From a virus (Duplodnaviria; Caudoviricetes), in IMG/VR virus record IMGVR_UViG_3300025718_000226, positions 1 through 42,410 of that record: 42,410 nucleotides of DNA; one strand, written 5' to 3'. The notes beneath the pieces were generated by a model. That model had not been told where the DNA came from. It saw nothing but the letters and a program-made list of their open reading frames with translations, and ran no database searches. The position numbers were made by a program, and so were the translations under genes. Numbering within the stretch: position 1 is the stretch's first letter; each line of letters begins with the position of its first letter. Positions 17,199-26,779 of this stretch are shown piece by piece.

Positions 17199-17515
17199 AC
17201 TTCAGGCACCGCTAGCTTAACTGATACCATCCCAGCTTCCGTACTAGATTTCACAACAAAATACGTCACGCCATCTAAAATCAACTGCTGATCGCGTATC
17301 GGAGGGCGAGCAACGTCAGTGGCGCGAAAGATTATCTCTATCTGTGATTGGTAAACTCCATCCCATGTTTTTTCATATTTATCACTTGTTTCATCTTGAA
17401 CAACAGCCGGAATTGAATAACTTACTCCTTCAAGCTCAATAACATGTAGATCGGCTAATTCATCGACGTTTAGAAAGGTAGCCAAGTCGGATAATATGAT
17501 ATCTTTAAATGTCAT
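17195..17515 (-). CDS. Head-tail joining protein (FII-like)
   Basis: MTFKD.I..DL..FLN.DE.A..H motif, downstream of the capsid gene. Confidence 0.75.
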   Translation of the reverse strand: MTFKDIILSDLATFLNVDELADLHVIELEGVSYSIPAVVQDETSDKYEKTWDGVYQSQIEIIFRATDVARPPIRDQQLILDGVTYFVVKSSTEAGMVSVKLAVPEV

Positions 17516-17593
17516 GCTAACCTCCGCGCAATCCTAATAGGGCGAATATATATATCGCCCTCAATTTTTTATTATTTATTCTTTTTTTAACTA

Positions 17594-18637
17594 TTACAAA
17601 ACTGTTGCTATAAACAAACCATCAGGCAATACAATGGCAGGAAGTGGTCGGCTAAGCATTTGTAGAACGCGAGCTGAAGGTTTCTTTTCGATCCAAGATT
17701 TGGGTACCCGCGGGATAGCGTAAGAACCAATCTCTACATCAATGATAGCTCCATATATCATTTTAAAGTTAATGGCTGACGAACAAAGCATTGCCGTTCC
17801 AGCAGGGACTAGTTGTGATTCGGTACCACTAGTAGGATCAATATAATATTCTTCGTAGCTGTAGATATCAAGACCCAGTTCATTAATATGGGCGATGAAA
17901 TAAACACCGGGAATAGACTGTTTAGGAGCTAATTGACCCATATCGATGTTACTTTTTTGATAGCTATTGAAATACGCGATTACGTCAGGATGCTTCATGA
18001 ATGCATCAGCAACATCAGGGGAAAATACGCAGGTATCTGGATTTTCGCCAGATGCTTTTAGTACAGCCCGTTTCCAACGTTTTAATCCATCGATTGGGCT
18101 TTCTGTACGGTCAGATGCAATATAGCTCCATTTAGCTTTAGCAGCTAACGCTTCTTTATTGGTAACTAAGAAATCAATTACCTGTCCACTATATCCATAT
18201 CCATTAATGGTGATCTTGCCCGTAAATAGAGCCTGGGCGCACATCCACTCTTCAGTCCGAGAAATCATTGTATCAAACTCGGCAAGTTTACCACCAATGA
18301 GTTTTGCTAAGCGGGTATCAGGAGAATTCCCTTGATAAATATTTTCACCAGGTAAACGTTTTTGCAAATCCTGGCCAGTGAAGTAGTAATCCGGACCAAC
18401 CTGTGGAGGCGTGAATGACACAGTGCTGAATCCGATATTGTCAACAGTCTTACTACCAAGTCTAGGATGGACAAAGGGGGCCAAACGTCTCGCTCCTTTC
18501 TGAATATCAACATCCACGTTTTCAGTTAGCGATGGAGCCATATCTGTGAAAAAAGTATCTCTCAGAAATGTTCTAGCCGGCTTCATTAAAGTTACGGCTT
18601 GAAGCATAGTTCTTGTATCAAATAAATCAATAGCCAT
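17594..18637 (-). CDS. Major capsid protein E (lambda-like)
   Basis: FLRDTFF, LAPFV.P, I.RTEEWM.AQAL..GK and SRPLP motifs. Confidence 0.95.
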   Translation of the reverse strand: MAIDLFDTRTMLQAVTLMKPARTFLRDTFFTDMAPSLTENVDVDIQKGARRLAPFVHPRLGSKTVDNIGFSTVSFTPPQVGPDYYFTGQDLQKRLPGENIYQGNSPDTRLAKLIGGKLAEFDTMISRTEEWMCAQALFTGKITINGYGYSGQVIDFLVTNKEALAAKAKWSYIASDRTESPIDGLKRWKRAVLKASGENPDTCVFSPDVADAFMKHPDVIAYFNSYQKSNIDMGQLAPKQSIPGVYFIAHINELGLDIYSYEEYYIDPTSGTESQLVPAGTAMLCSSAINFKMIYGAIIDVEIGSYAIPRVPKSWIEKKPSARVLQMLSRPLPAIVLPDGLFIATVL

Positions 18638-19023
18638 TAGTACATACCTCCTACAGTTTCATTCGTCTTGAAGAAAATTCCGATAGCCTTAGCTGCTTCT
18701 CTATGGGTAGCTTGAGTATCTGTACCACCAAATACCAACGCGGCTTGGTTAAACTCACCACCTAGATAAACAGGAATGGGTTGATCGGCAGAAGTGGCAT
18801 TTACTGCGTCTGCTGCAATCGCGTAAATAGTTTGAGAACCATCAACCGCTGCTGAATTAACCAAAGTCAATTTACTGGATGCAGTGATTCGTCCTAGAGC
18901 CGCGCCACGAACTACATTCTGGCCAAGGATTAGCGTACGAGCGTCTGAAACAACATCTCCTACACTACCCGCAAATAAATTATCATAAGTGGTTGAACCT
19001 AAGCTTGTCATTCCTATAGTCAT
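18637..19023 (-). CDS. Head decoration protein D
   Basis: RG..LG.IT, DGSQ..AI.A and Y..GEFN..AL motifs. Confidence 0.9.
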   Translation of the reverse strand: MTIGMTSLGSTTYDNLFAGSVGDVVSDARTLILGQNVVRGAALGRITASSKLTLVNSAAVDGSQTIYAIAADAVNATSADQPIPVYLGGEFNQAALVFGGTDTQATHREAAKAIGIFFKTNETVGGMY

Positions 19024-19391
19024 TATTTATCCCTCCCTACGTTTGCTGCCTGAGCAATAAGCTCAGCAGATGCTTTGATTTCTGCTTCTTCGCTGGCTTT
19101 ATTATCAGGAGCTGGCGTGCCAGGTACCTCTAAAAGATTGGAATTAGCTACGTCCGTCTTAACATTTTTCAAATAATCTGCACTCTGTTGTTTTTGAGCA
19201 ACGATTATTTGCATGGCCACCTGCTCAGCGGTTGCACCTGACTCATAACGCGCCTTATTGACGATGTTTTCAAACCCATCAATTTGAACATCATCGAGTG
19301 CTTTCATACGGCCACGTTCTTGAGTAACCCCCATGGCAATAATTTCATTGTATAAGTCGGGGTATTTGGCTTTTAACTCTGTAAGATTCAA
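19023..19391 (-). CDS. Putative nested scaffolding protein (Nu3-like internal start)
   Basis: In-frame TTG at 19391 with GAGGAGG 8 nt upstream, starting the ELKAKYPDL...ER.R domain. Confidence 0.6.
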   Translation of the reverse strand: MNLTELKAKYPDLYNEIIAMGVTQERGRMKALDDVQIDGFENIVNKARYESGATAEQVAMQIIVAQKQQSADYLKNVKTDVANSNLLEVPGTPAPDNKASEEAEIKASAELIAQAANVGRDK

Positions 19392-20120
19392 AATATTTTC
19401 CTCCTCAGTTTTATTTATTGGTATTTCAGGTAGGGCCGTGATCATATTCACGGGTAATGTTCCAAATGACTCTACATTAAAAGCCATCCCAGCAATGTTT
19501 AATACTTTACCCGTCATGGTGGAGTTTACCGGTGCAATGCCGTCTACCTCATCAGCAAAACCACTATCAAGCGCATCCTGGGCAGTGAGCCATGTTGTAG
19601 CATCCATCAATGCTACAATTTCATCCTTTGACTTCTTCGTTTGGCGCGATGTATATGTGGCAACTAATGATTCCTTAATCTTATCTAAAAAATTAGCAGT
19701 TTCTCTCATTTCACTTGCTTCATACGATCCATACATGCCAACTAAGGGATTATGTATCATCATCATTGATCCTGGTGGCATGATTATCTTATTACCAGAC
19801 ATGGCGATGATCGATGCGATACTTGCGGCTAGACCATCGATATGTACCGTCACATTTGCAGGATGCTGTTTAAGCATGTTATGTATTGCCTGCCCCGCAA
19901 ATACACTGCCACCAGGGCTATTAATATGGACATTAATCTGGCCTATATTGCCTGCTGACTTTAAAGCATCTTGAATTTGTTGTGGTGTGGTAACTCCATC
20001 ATCCCACCAAGATGAATCAACTACAGGTCCATAGATATTAATATCAATTGATTTTTGCGTTGCGTTAGTGACTAATGGTATGGAATTAGTTGCAATTGGA
20101 AATTTCTTAATCTTCCTCAC
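19023..20120 (-). CDS. ClpP-like (S14) prohead protease with C-terminal scaffold domain
   Basis: INSPGGSV, DGLAASIAS, MMMIHNP and TWLTA..A..GFADE motifs. Start is GTG 20120 or ATT 20111. Confidence 0.92.
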   Translation of the reverse strand: MRKIKKFPIATNSIPLVTNATQKSIDINIYGPVVDSSWWDDGVTTPQQIQDALKSAGNIGQINVHINSPGGSVFAGQAIHNMLKQHPANVTVHIDGLAASIASIIAMSGNKIIMPPGSMMMIHNPLVGMYGSYEASEMRETANFLDKIKESLVATYTSRQTKKSKDEIVALMDATTWLTAQDALDSGFADEVDGIAPVNSTMTGKVLNIAGMAFNVESFGTLPVNMITALPEIPINKTEEENILNLTELKAKYPDLYNEIIAMGVTQERGRMKALDDVQIDGFENIVNKARYESGATAEQVAMQIIVAQKQQSADYLKNVKTDVANSNLLEVPGTPAPDNKASEEAEIKASAELIAQAANVGRDK

Positions 20121-21699
20121 CTCCCTTCCCATCGATATTCTCATTAACAGTCTCGGTTATTGTGTTAGGAATACTACTTAGTCCACCTTCGCGCATCATT
20201 CTTTCCTCTCTGACACGTTGACGGTAATTTTGATTCCAGTCACCACCAGTAAGTTCTGCTGTCTCACGCTGCCTTGTACTAAAACCTTCTTGTACCCTTG
20301 TCTTAGCGGCATTAACTTCTTTTAGCGGATCAAGTTGTCCAGGTGAAGGTCCGTTCCACTCAGCACCGCAATATGCTTTTCTCACACCAAGGTCAGAAAA
20401 GAAACCTGGAGCCTTTACGCGACCTTTAGCAACTGCTTCAGCTAACCATTCCTCATAAATTGGCTGGTTAAAATCATTGGCTAACCAATCGCGCTGTTTA
20501 CGGAAAAATTTCCATGCTTCAAGAAGAGCTGCTCTACTCGCTGAGTAAGACGCGGTAAAGTGTTTAACCAGTAGCTCCATGGGTATTTCGAGAGCTGCGC
20601 CTATTTGCCGTAAAATAGATATTACAAAAGGGTCGAAGGCCGCATTAGGTCTACCCGGATTAATCGCTTCTATTTTTTCTCCTGGGGCTAACTCAATCAT
20701 TGTTCCATTACCAAGTTTTATATCATCTTGGGTAAATTTATCTAATGGCGTTCCTTCAGGAATTCCGGGGAGATGATCCTCGCCAATATCCATACCCTCT
20801 GGATTTTCTGTTGTAATTGCTACAGTAAATAATCCAGATACTACAGCCGCCATTAATTCAGCTTCGGTATATCTGCCCAACTGTTTTAAAGCCTCGATAA
20901 CCGGCGATAACATTGGATTTCCTCGCCGATGACCAGGGCGCTCCATTTCGAGTAAATGAATTACGTTCCTTCTCCCCGTGAGTGACCCAAAGGCTAATAC
21001 CTTTGTCCATGTATTCATCTTCTGTTCTATCAAACTCAAAGGATGATGCGTGGCTATATGATAAGCAACTGGTTCTCCGTAATCGCCAACTTCAATACCG
21101 GCCAGCGTTTTAGCGTCCGGTATTATGTTATAAGGATTACATACGCGATCGGCTTCAACCAATTGAACTCTAAGATCATAGATATTATTTTTGCGTGGGA
21201 TTATAGGCAGGAGAGCGAACACATCCCCCGACATCAATGCTGATAAAAAAGCTAGTTGCTGTAATTGATAAAAATTAAGCATTCTCGCCGCATCACAATC
21301 TTTACTATCAGCCCATAACGCAAACTCTCTACTGGCATTTTGCTCCCATTCATCGGCTTGCTCTGCCGTCAGTCCTAAAAACTCAGCATCAATTTGTGGA
21401 TTTAATTTAAGCCCGGACCCAACCACATTTGTTTTATTGGTTTTCAATGCGCCGGACGCTATGGGATTACCCATATACAAATCTCTCGACCTAGATCTAA
21501 GCACATCGAGATTTAATGTAATATCATCATCAGCAGACGCGGAGCTATGTTGCCACCCAATCATTGACTTTTTTGTACCGCTCGCCCCATGGTGTGAGTA
21601 GCCGGTATTAATTACATCCATTTTTTTACGCGCTACAGTTCTTTTTAAAGCTGTATCAGGAGAAAAATACCCTACTAACTTATCAACCATGTTAGCCAA
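20107..21699 (-). CDS. Portal protein, lambda family
   Basis: LR.RSRDL, VG.GL, ERPG..RG.P, SYSASRA.LLE and DPLKE motifs. Confidence 0.95.
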   Translation of the reverse strand: MANMVDKLVGYFSPDTALKRTVARKKMDVINTGYSHHGASGTKKSMIGWQHSSASADDDITLNLDVLRSRSRDLYMGNPIASGALKTNKTNVVGSGLKLNPQIDAEFLGLTAEQADEWEQNASREFALWADSKDCDAARMLNFYQLQQLAFLSALMSGDVFALLPIIPRKNNIYDLRVQLVEADRVCNPYNIIPDAKTLAGIEVGDYGEPVAYHIATHHPLSLIEQKMNTWTKVLAFGSLTGRRNVIHLLEMERPGHRRGNPMLSPVIEALKQLGRYTEAELMAAVVSGLFTVAITTENPEGMDIGEDHLPGIPEGTPLDKFTQDDIKLGNGTMIELAPGEKIEAINPGRPNAAFDPFVISILRQIGAALEIPMELLVKHFTASYSASRAALLEAWKFFRKQRDWLANDFNQPIYEEWLAEAVAKGRVKAPGFFSDLGVRKAYCGAEWNGPSPGQLDPLKEVNAAKTRVQEGFSTRQRETAELTGGDWNQNYRQRVREERMMREGGLSSIPNTITETVNENIDGKGGEED

Positions 21700-21907
21700 T
21701 TGGTATCACACTCCTAGTCCTTTTTGTTCTTCCTTGTAATTTACTTACTTCACACGCCCAAAAGTTTATTTGCTTTTTGACCTCAGACGCATCAGCCCTT
21801 TGCAGTGTCCGACTCCCTATGCGGTATTCTTTTCCTGTCGCCAGCGCTAAGTCTGCCAACATCCAGGCATTAAGGTGTTGTCTTGCTTGGTCCAGTGTCC
21901 ATATCAT
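21692..21907 (-). CDS. Head-tail joining protein W-like
   Basis: G.EY.IGSR.L.RAD..E...I..W; lies between terminase and portal. Confidence 0.8.
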   Translation of the reverse strand: MIWTLDQARQHLNAWMLADLALATGKEYRIGSRTLQRADASEVKKQINFWACEVSKLQGRTKRTRSVIPIG

Positions 21908-21923
21908 GTCATTAACCTCCTAA

Positions 21924-23822
21924 CTAAACAGAAACGCCTGAGTTTAATACTCGGCGTTTCCTCGGTTGTTGTATTTTGTTTTGTGGTATACCACCCTGAT
22001 TTCTTATTGTATATAACATTTCAAGATTAGGATTGAGTATTTCTAAAGCTGCTGTAGCATAATTTCTTATATCCAAGGCTTCATTTCTCGCACCTGAAGG
22101 CTTTACCCACTCATAACGAGGCTTGCCTCTAAGATATTTCAACTCTCGTTTCTCAACAGTGAGCGCTTTGAAATATTTTAAATCATAACCCTTTACGGCA
22201 GCACCATTTACCATCATTGGATATAAACAAAAACCATGCTCTTCTTCATCTTCTAATTTCAGCCTAGAATAAACAGTTTCCTTACCACCATCTACCCCTA
22301 GCATAAATAAGGGAACTTTATACCTGTTACTTCGTGAAGGTTTATTAATGAGTGGAACACCTGCACCACCTTTACCTTTAATGGCAAATATTCTTCGATG
22401 CTCACGCGGCTTACAGAACTTATAAACCTCCGATGTAGCATGACCGCCACTATCTATACAAGTGCAAGAAATACCTAACTTATATCCATCAACATAAGAC
22501 CATTGTTTTTTTAGCCATGCATCAAGATCATCCCAAACTTGTTGTTGGTGTGGGTCTCCATAAAATATCCCATATTCAATTCCCCAGCTATTTTTATTAA
22601 GGCCCCATCCGACACACTCATATTCCAATCGGTCATCTTGAGTATCGACGGCAGCTGTTAAAACTAAAACACCTTCGGGCAATGGTGCTTCGTAAACAGT
22701 ACGACGATTTTCGTATAACATTTCATAATCGACTGTCTCGCCTTCTTCGCCCCACGTCTCGCCCAGGATAGTATTAATAAATGTCTTAAGACGTTTTGTA
22801 TCTTTTTTTATCTCAACCCATGACTCTGCGACCTCAGCCCAAGAAAACCAACCAAGTGGACTATATAATGTTGATATATGATAACCGCGGCGTTTTGGAC
22901 TTGCCTTTTCAGGAGCCGTAGCGCGCCACTCTCCATGCTCTAGCATATAGGGTTTATGTTGTTCCTCAATCACTGACCCGCAATCAGGGCAAGCCATATG
23001 AGCATCCTCAGGATGTTTTACACCTTCATCATCTTTCGGAATAATAAAATTTTCCCATGCCAGTATATGCATATGACCGCATTCGGGACATGGGACAAAA
23101 TATTTGCGCTGATCACTTTCTAGGTAATCTTTTTCAATACGTGATTGTCCTTTGATTGTTGGAGTTGATACTTTTAAAACTTTTCTACGACTAAACGTTC
23201 TCGTTCTGGCCATTGCCAAGTCAACCGGATCACCCTCGCCCTCAACATCTTCAGGGTAGGCATCTACTTCATCCATGAACAGATTCTTAACTGGCATAGA
23301 ACGCAAACCAGCGGCACTATTCGCACCTGTTAGTACGAGTATGCCGCCGGGGAATTCTTTGGTTAACACTGTATTGCCTGCATCACGTGAACGTGGGTCT
23401 TTTACTTTGCGATTCAACTTAGGACAATCCGCAATCATTGGAGCTATACGCTGCTGACTATATTTTTTAGCCAGGTCAACTGTAGGTTGTACCATCATTG
23501 TTGGCCCTGGTTCTTGGTCAATTAAATATCCAATCCAATTGTTACCTGATTCAGATCCTGCAAGCTGAGCGCCCTTCATCATGCATATTGATTGGATTAA
23601 ACTTCTTACAGATAAACAATCCATAATTTCACGCATGTATGGAACCCGTTCAGTATTCCATGGTCCAGGCTCCGCGCTTGTGGATGATCTTAGGAATCGA
23701 TTATTATCTGCCCACTCTGATACTGTTAATGTTGGGGGTGGTGCGAACCCGCCCGAAATAATCCTGATTAACTTATTTGTTTTACTCGCAGGTGTCACCA
23801 TTCGCGTCACCTGCTTTCGCAT
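21924..23822 (-). CDS. Terminase large subunit (lambda GpA family)
   Basis: SEWAD, PGPW...PY, LRS.P, DEVD.YP, STPT, VPCP.CG, DTQDDRLE and RNEALD motifs. Confidence 0.97.
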   Translation of the reverse strand: MRKQVTRMVTPASKTNKLIRIISGGFAPPPTLTVSEWADNNRFLRSSTSAEPGPWNTERVPYMREIMDCLSVRSLIQSICMMKGAQLAGSESGNNWIGYLIDQEPGPTMMVQPTVDLAKKYSQQRIAPMIADCPKLNRKVKDPRSRDAGNTVLTKEFPGGILVLTGANSAAGLRSMPVKNLFMDEVDAYPEDVEGEGDPVDLAMARTRTFSRRKVLKVSTPTIKGQSRIEKDYLESDQRKYFVPCPECGHMHILAWENFIIPKDDEGVKHPEDAHMACPDCGSVIEEQHKPYMLEHGEWRATAPEKASPKRRGYHISTLYSPLGWFSWAEVAESWVEIKKDTKRLKTFINTILGETWGEEGETVDYEMLYENRRTVYEAPLPEGVLVLTAAVDTQDDRLEYECVGWGLNKNSWGIEYGIFYGDPHQQQVWDDLDAWLKKQWSYVDGYKLGISCTCIDSGGHATSEVYKFCKPREHRRIFAIKGKGGAGVPLINKPSRSNRYKVPLFMLGVDGGKETVYSRLKLEDEEEHGFCLYPMMVNGAAVKGYDLKYFKALTVEKRELKYLRGKPRYEWVKPSGARNEALDIRNYATAALEILNPNLEMLYTIRNQGGIPQNKIQQPRKRRVLNSGVSV

Positions 23823-24288
23823 AGTCTTCAGGATTATACTCAGATAAGGATTGTAGTACGCTGAAAACTTCCTTCTGCACGATTTCCCTCACCTGATCAA
23901 TATTTGTTTTGGCTATCATTTGAGGGGCTAACTTAACAGGTAAGTCCAGGAGCCTTGATCTAACATTTGCAACCATGCCACCAACAACCGACATTACATC
24001 TTCGGCTTTATGCACGTTGCCCAAGGCTAAATCTAACTCTAATTCAGCCTTTATCCTTTTCGCCCTTGTTAATTTAAGAGTTTCGTCTTTTTGAGCATCG
24101 CCTTCCGATTCATTTGCTGTTTTTTCTTTCAGCCAGGCTATATAAGTTTGAATCGTTTTCGCCAAATCATATTTACCATGGGATGCCTGCAGTAGCGGGA
24201 TTTCCTTGGTTAATTGCTGTAGGCGGCGTACGCTAAAGCCCATAATTTTTGCTAGATCTGATGATCCCATTAATGTTATGTCCGCCAC
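23782..24288 (-). CDS. Terminase small subunit (Nu1-like)
   Basis: N-terminal HTH (LAKIMGFSVRRLQQL..YDL...YI) plus coiled coil; upstream of GpA. Confidence 0.88.
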   Translation of the reverse strand: MADITLMGSSDLAKIMGFSVRRLQQLTKEIPLLQASHGKYDLAKTIQTYIAWLKEKTANESEGDAQKDETLKLTRAKRIKAELELDLALGNVHKAEDVMSVVGGMVANVRSRLLDLPVKLAPQMIAKTNIDQVREIVQKEVFSVLQSLSEYNPEDYAKAGDANGDTCE

Positions 24289-24352
24289 TCACGTACACCT
24301 CCTTTCACGAAAGCGAAATGGCTAAAAAAAGTCTGCAACTAATTAGTTTTCG

Positions 24353-24395
24353 GGATCGTTAGACCCTCATTTGTTCAAGGTCGCTGGGAGTACCT
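24353..24395 (-). other. Putative cos site (cosQ-like plus cosN-like)
   Basis: Minus strand AGGTACT, then 23 nt, then GGTCTAACGATC within the dyad GGGTC-TAAC-GATCC, about 65 nt upstream of terS. Confidence 0.6.
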
Positions 24396-24592
24396 TATCA
24401 ATATTGTCTGCCCCCCCATATGGCGTATGGCCCATCAGGCTTAAGTCTCTGCGTTACCTTTTCAATACGGCCTTGCATTGCATTAGTCTCACACCCACGC
24501 CAACCTCATTAGAACAGCAACTGCAACCATGATACCGATCTCCAAAATATTAATTACTCACCTGCTCTGCTATTCTTACGTCGGCCGCCTGT

Positions 24593-25324
24593 TCACCTCT
24601 TATACGCCAATTCTATTCTTTGCCTAGATAGCTCAACAAAATAATCATCCTGCTCTATACAAATAAAATTGCGACCAGTATTAACACAAGCAATTCCTGT
24701 ACTTCCACTGCCACTACAATTATCGAGCACAATATCGAATTTATTAGTATAAGTTTTAACTAGATATTCCAGTAAGAATACTGCTTTCTGGGTAGGATGA
24801 AAACGACCGTTATCTCCACCATTAATACGAATTACATCCCTTGGATACCTAGTGCCAGTGTTGTTGTTCCTTATCGGCTTGTATGCTCTATAAATACTTG
24901 TTGTCGATGCACCAGGAGTACTTTTATTGGAATAAGGCTTTCCTTCAGTGAATTGGGGATTATACGTTGGAAGTTTCTTATAAAACACTAATACGACTTC
25001 ATGACACCTCAAAGGCATCTTCTTCGCATTTAGAAAACCTAATGATCTATTCTTCTCCCATATGATTTCATATCTAAACCACTTACGATTACTATTGATA
25101 AGATCGGTCGTAAATGGTTGTTGTGAGAATAATAGAATTGCACCGTTATCTTTTATGACCCTATTGTATTGCTCCCATAACGGTTCGAATGGTATTACAG
25201 TATCCCATCTACAGTCTGTTGTTCCATACGGTAAGTCACAGAGGATTAAGTTGATAGATTTGTCTTTTATTTGTTTCATGATTTCAAGGCAATCGCCATG
25301 ATGTACTACGTTTAAATTTAAAAT
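24593..25324 (-). CDS. DNA methyltransferase, N6-adenine/N4-cytosine family (beta class)
   Basis: GDCLE, DLPYG, HPTQK and D..SGSG.TG motifs. The frame extends to ATT at 25324 after GAGGTG; the first ATG is at 25279. Confidence 0.93.
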   Translation of the reverse strand: MLNLNVVHHGDCLEIMKQIKDKSINLILCDLPYGTTDCRWDTVIPFEPLWEQYNRVIKDNGAILLFSQQPFTTDLINSNRKWFRYEIIWEKNRSLGFLNAKKMPLRCHEVVLVFYKKLPTYNPQFTEGKPYSNKSTPGASTTSIYRAYKPIRNNNTGTRYPRDVIRINGGDNGRFHPTQKAVFLLEYLVKTYTNKFDIVLDNCSGSGSTGIACVNTGRNFICIEQDDYFVELSRQRIELAYKR

Positions 25325-25364
25325 ATTACCACCTCATTTACTGCTATTAAGCATCGTTTTTTTA

Positions 25365-25577
25365 TTATTTGACTAATGTTACCCTATTAGATTTATATTT
25401 GCCGCCAGAACTATGACAATTGGGACTCTGCACCCGCATGAGTTCGGCATGATCATCCCTTTGTTTCCTTCAACCAGTCACACAAAAGCGGTCTGTACTA
25501 TGATATATTTCACTGGCCGTACAACCTGCAGGATTATAATATTGACACTCGGTATCGTCACAATGATTTATATTCAC
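25365..25577 (-). pseudogene. Small Cys-rich protein (DUF1540-like pattern) interrupted by an in-frame TGA
   Basis: RBS GAGGTG, GTG start, C-x4-C-x7-C..C, TGA at codon 36 (25470-25472), then 34 further sense codons to TAA. Confidence 0.5.
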
Positions 25578-25600
25578 ACTACACACCTCTCTTATAATTT

Positions 25601-25635
25601 AATAGCCACCGATTTGTATTTCAATCGGTGGTTGT
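25601..25635. terminator. Hairpin terminator
   Basis: AGCCACCGATT-loop-AATCGGTGGTT. Confidence 0.6.
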
Positions 25636-25679
25636 TACTCTATTATTTGTATTTACTAATTGACGCCGTTACATATACC

Positions 25680-25859
25680 TCATGTTTCCAATCCGCTGGA
25701 TTTACATCGGCGATTTCCAACATAATTACAATTAGTAAATATATTGCAGTCTACACTAATCTCAAATCTTTTTTTAAGTTTCAAATAAAGTTCATATGCT
25801 CTCCGCTCATCCATCGTATCTATATCGATACTCACTGCCTCTATTATCTTAACTACCAT
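25680..25859 (-). CDS. Hypothetical protein
   Basis: ATG at 25859 after GGGGGT. Confidence 0.5.
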   Translation of the reverse strand: MVVKIIEAVSIDIDTMDERRAYELYLKLKKRFEISVDCNIFTNCNYVGNRRCKSSGLET

Positions 25860-25896
25860 ACTCTTACCCCCAATTAATTTTAATTCCAAGGTCGGC

Positions 25897-26017
25897 GTCC
25901 ATTAAAGTAGGCTTTTATAGATTGCTTTATTTAAAAATTCTTGTTGACTTCAAACTGTCCATTAATTTAGTTATATCTTTATGGGACGTCCATTAATTAG
26001 CTTTGACTTTTAAAGAC
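25897..26017. other. res site with three resolvase-binding subsites
   Basis: GTCCATTAA at 25897, 25957 and 25988, each paired with an inverted half-site (TTTATAGAT, TTTATGGGAC, TTTAAAGAC). Confidence 0.75.
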
Positions 26018-26031
26018 GTAAATGTTATATT
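26003..26031 (+). promoter_or_regulatory. Resolvase promoter overlapping res subsite III
   Basis: TTGACT-17 nt-TATATT with extended TG. Confidence 0.75.
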
Positions 26032-26061
26032 ATTGGTAAGATATTCATTGAATGGGAGATT

Positions 26062-26625
26062 TTGAAGATGCGTATAGCTTATATCCGCGTATCAACTAAA
26101 GAGCAGAATGTTGCTAGACAATTAGAAGCCATGAAGATTCATGATATCGAAAGGTTTTATGAGGACAAGCTAAGTGGCAAAGACACCAACAGAGCACAAT
26201 TACAAGCTATGCTAGATTTTGCAAGGGAAGGCGACACAATCTATGTTGAAAGTTTTAGTCGCTTAGCTCGTAACATGCTTGATTTATTAACTATCATAGA
26301 TCAACTAACTAAGAAAGGTATTGGCTTCGTTAGTTTGAAGGAAAACATCGATACTACAACGCCAGCTGGTCGGCTGCAATTAAACGTATTTGGTGCTATC
26401 TATCAATTCGAAAGAGAATGTAGTAAGGAACGCCAGCGCGAAGGCATTGATATTGCATTAGCCGAAGGTCGTCCCTACGGTAGGCCAAAGCTAGAGGTTA
26501 ATGAGAAATTTATGGAATCCTATAAAAAATGGAAACTTAAAGAAATAACCGCCGTTGCCGCTATGAACATGGCTGGTTATAATAAGAGCACATGGTATAA
26601 CCGTGTGAAGGAAATTGAATCTTAG
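26062..26625 (+). CDS. Small serine recombinase (resolvase/invertase family)
   Basis: YIRVST..QN..RQ, SGK..R..L, GD...V.SFSRLARN, ER..GI..A...GR and a C-terminal HTH. Confidence 0.96.
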   Translation: MKMRIAYIRVSTKEQNVARQLEAMKIHDIERFYEDKLSGKDTNRAQLQAMLDFAREGDTIYVESFSRLARNMLDLLTIIDQLTKKGIGFVSLKENIDTTTPAGRLQLNVFGAIYQFERECSKERQREGIDIALAEGRPYGRPKLEVNEKFMESYKKWKLKEITAVAAMNMAGYNKSTWYNRVKEIES

Positions 26626-26631
26626 ATATTT

Positions 26632-26671
26632 AAAGACCAGCAGCATATAAATTGTGCAGCTGGTCTTTTTT
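26632..26671. terminator. Bidirectional terminator between convergent genes
   Basis: AAAGACCAGC...GCTGGTCTTTTTT. Confidence 0.75.
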
Positions 26672-26779
26672 CTATTTATTTTTCATCCAAATTCCTATAA
26701 TGCTAATCATAACAGCGCCAGCAATAATATATATATCATATATGTCAATATCAATATCGTTTAGCAAACTAATTAACAT
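26672..26779 (-). CDS. Possible small membrane peptide, about 35 aa
   Basis: MLISLLNDIDIDIYDIYIIAGAVMISIIGIWMKNK; overlaps the HNH stop. Confidence 0.4.
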   Translation of the reverse strand: MLISLLNDIDIDIYDIYIIAGAVMISIIGIWMKNK

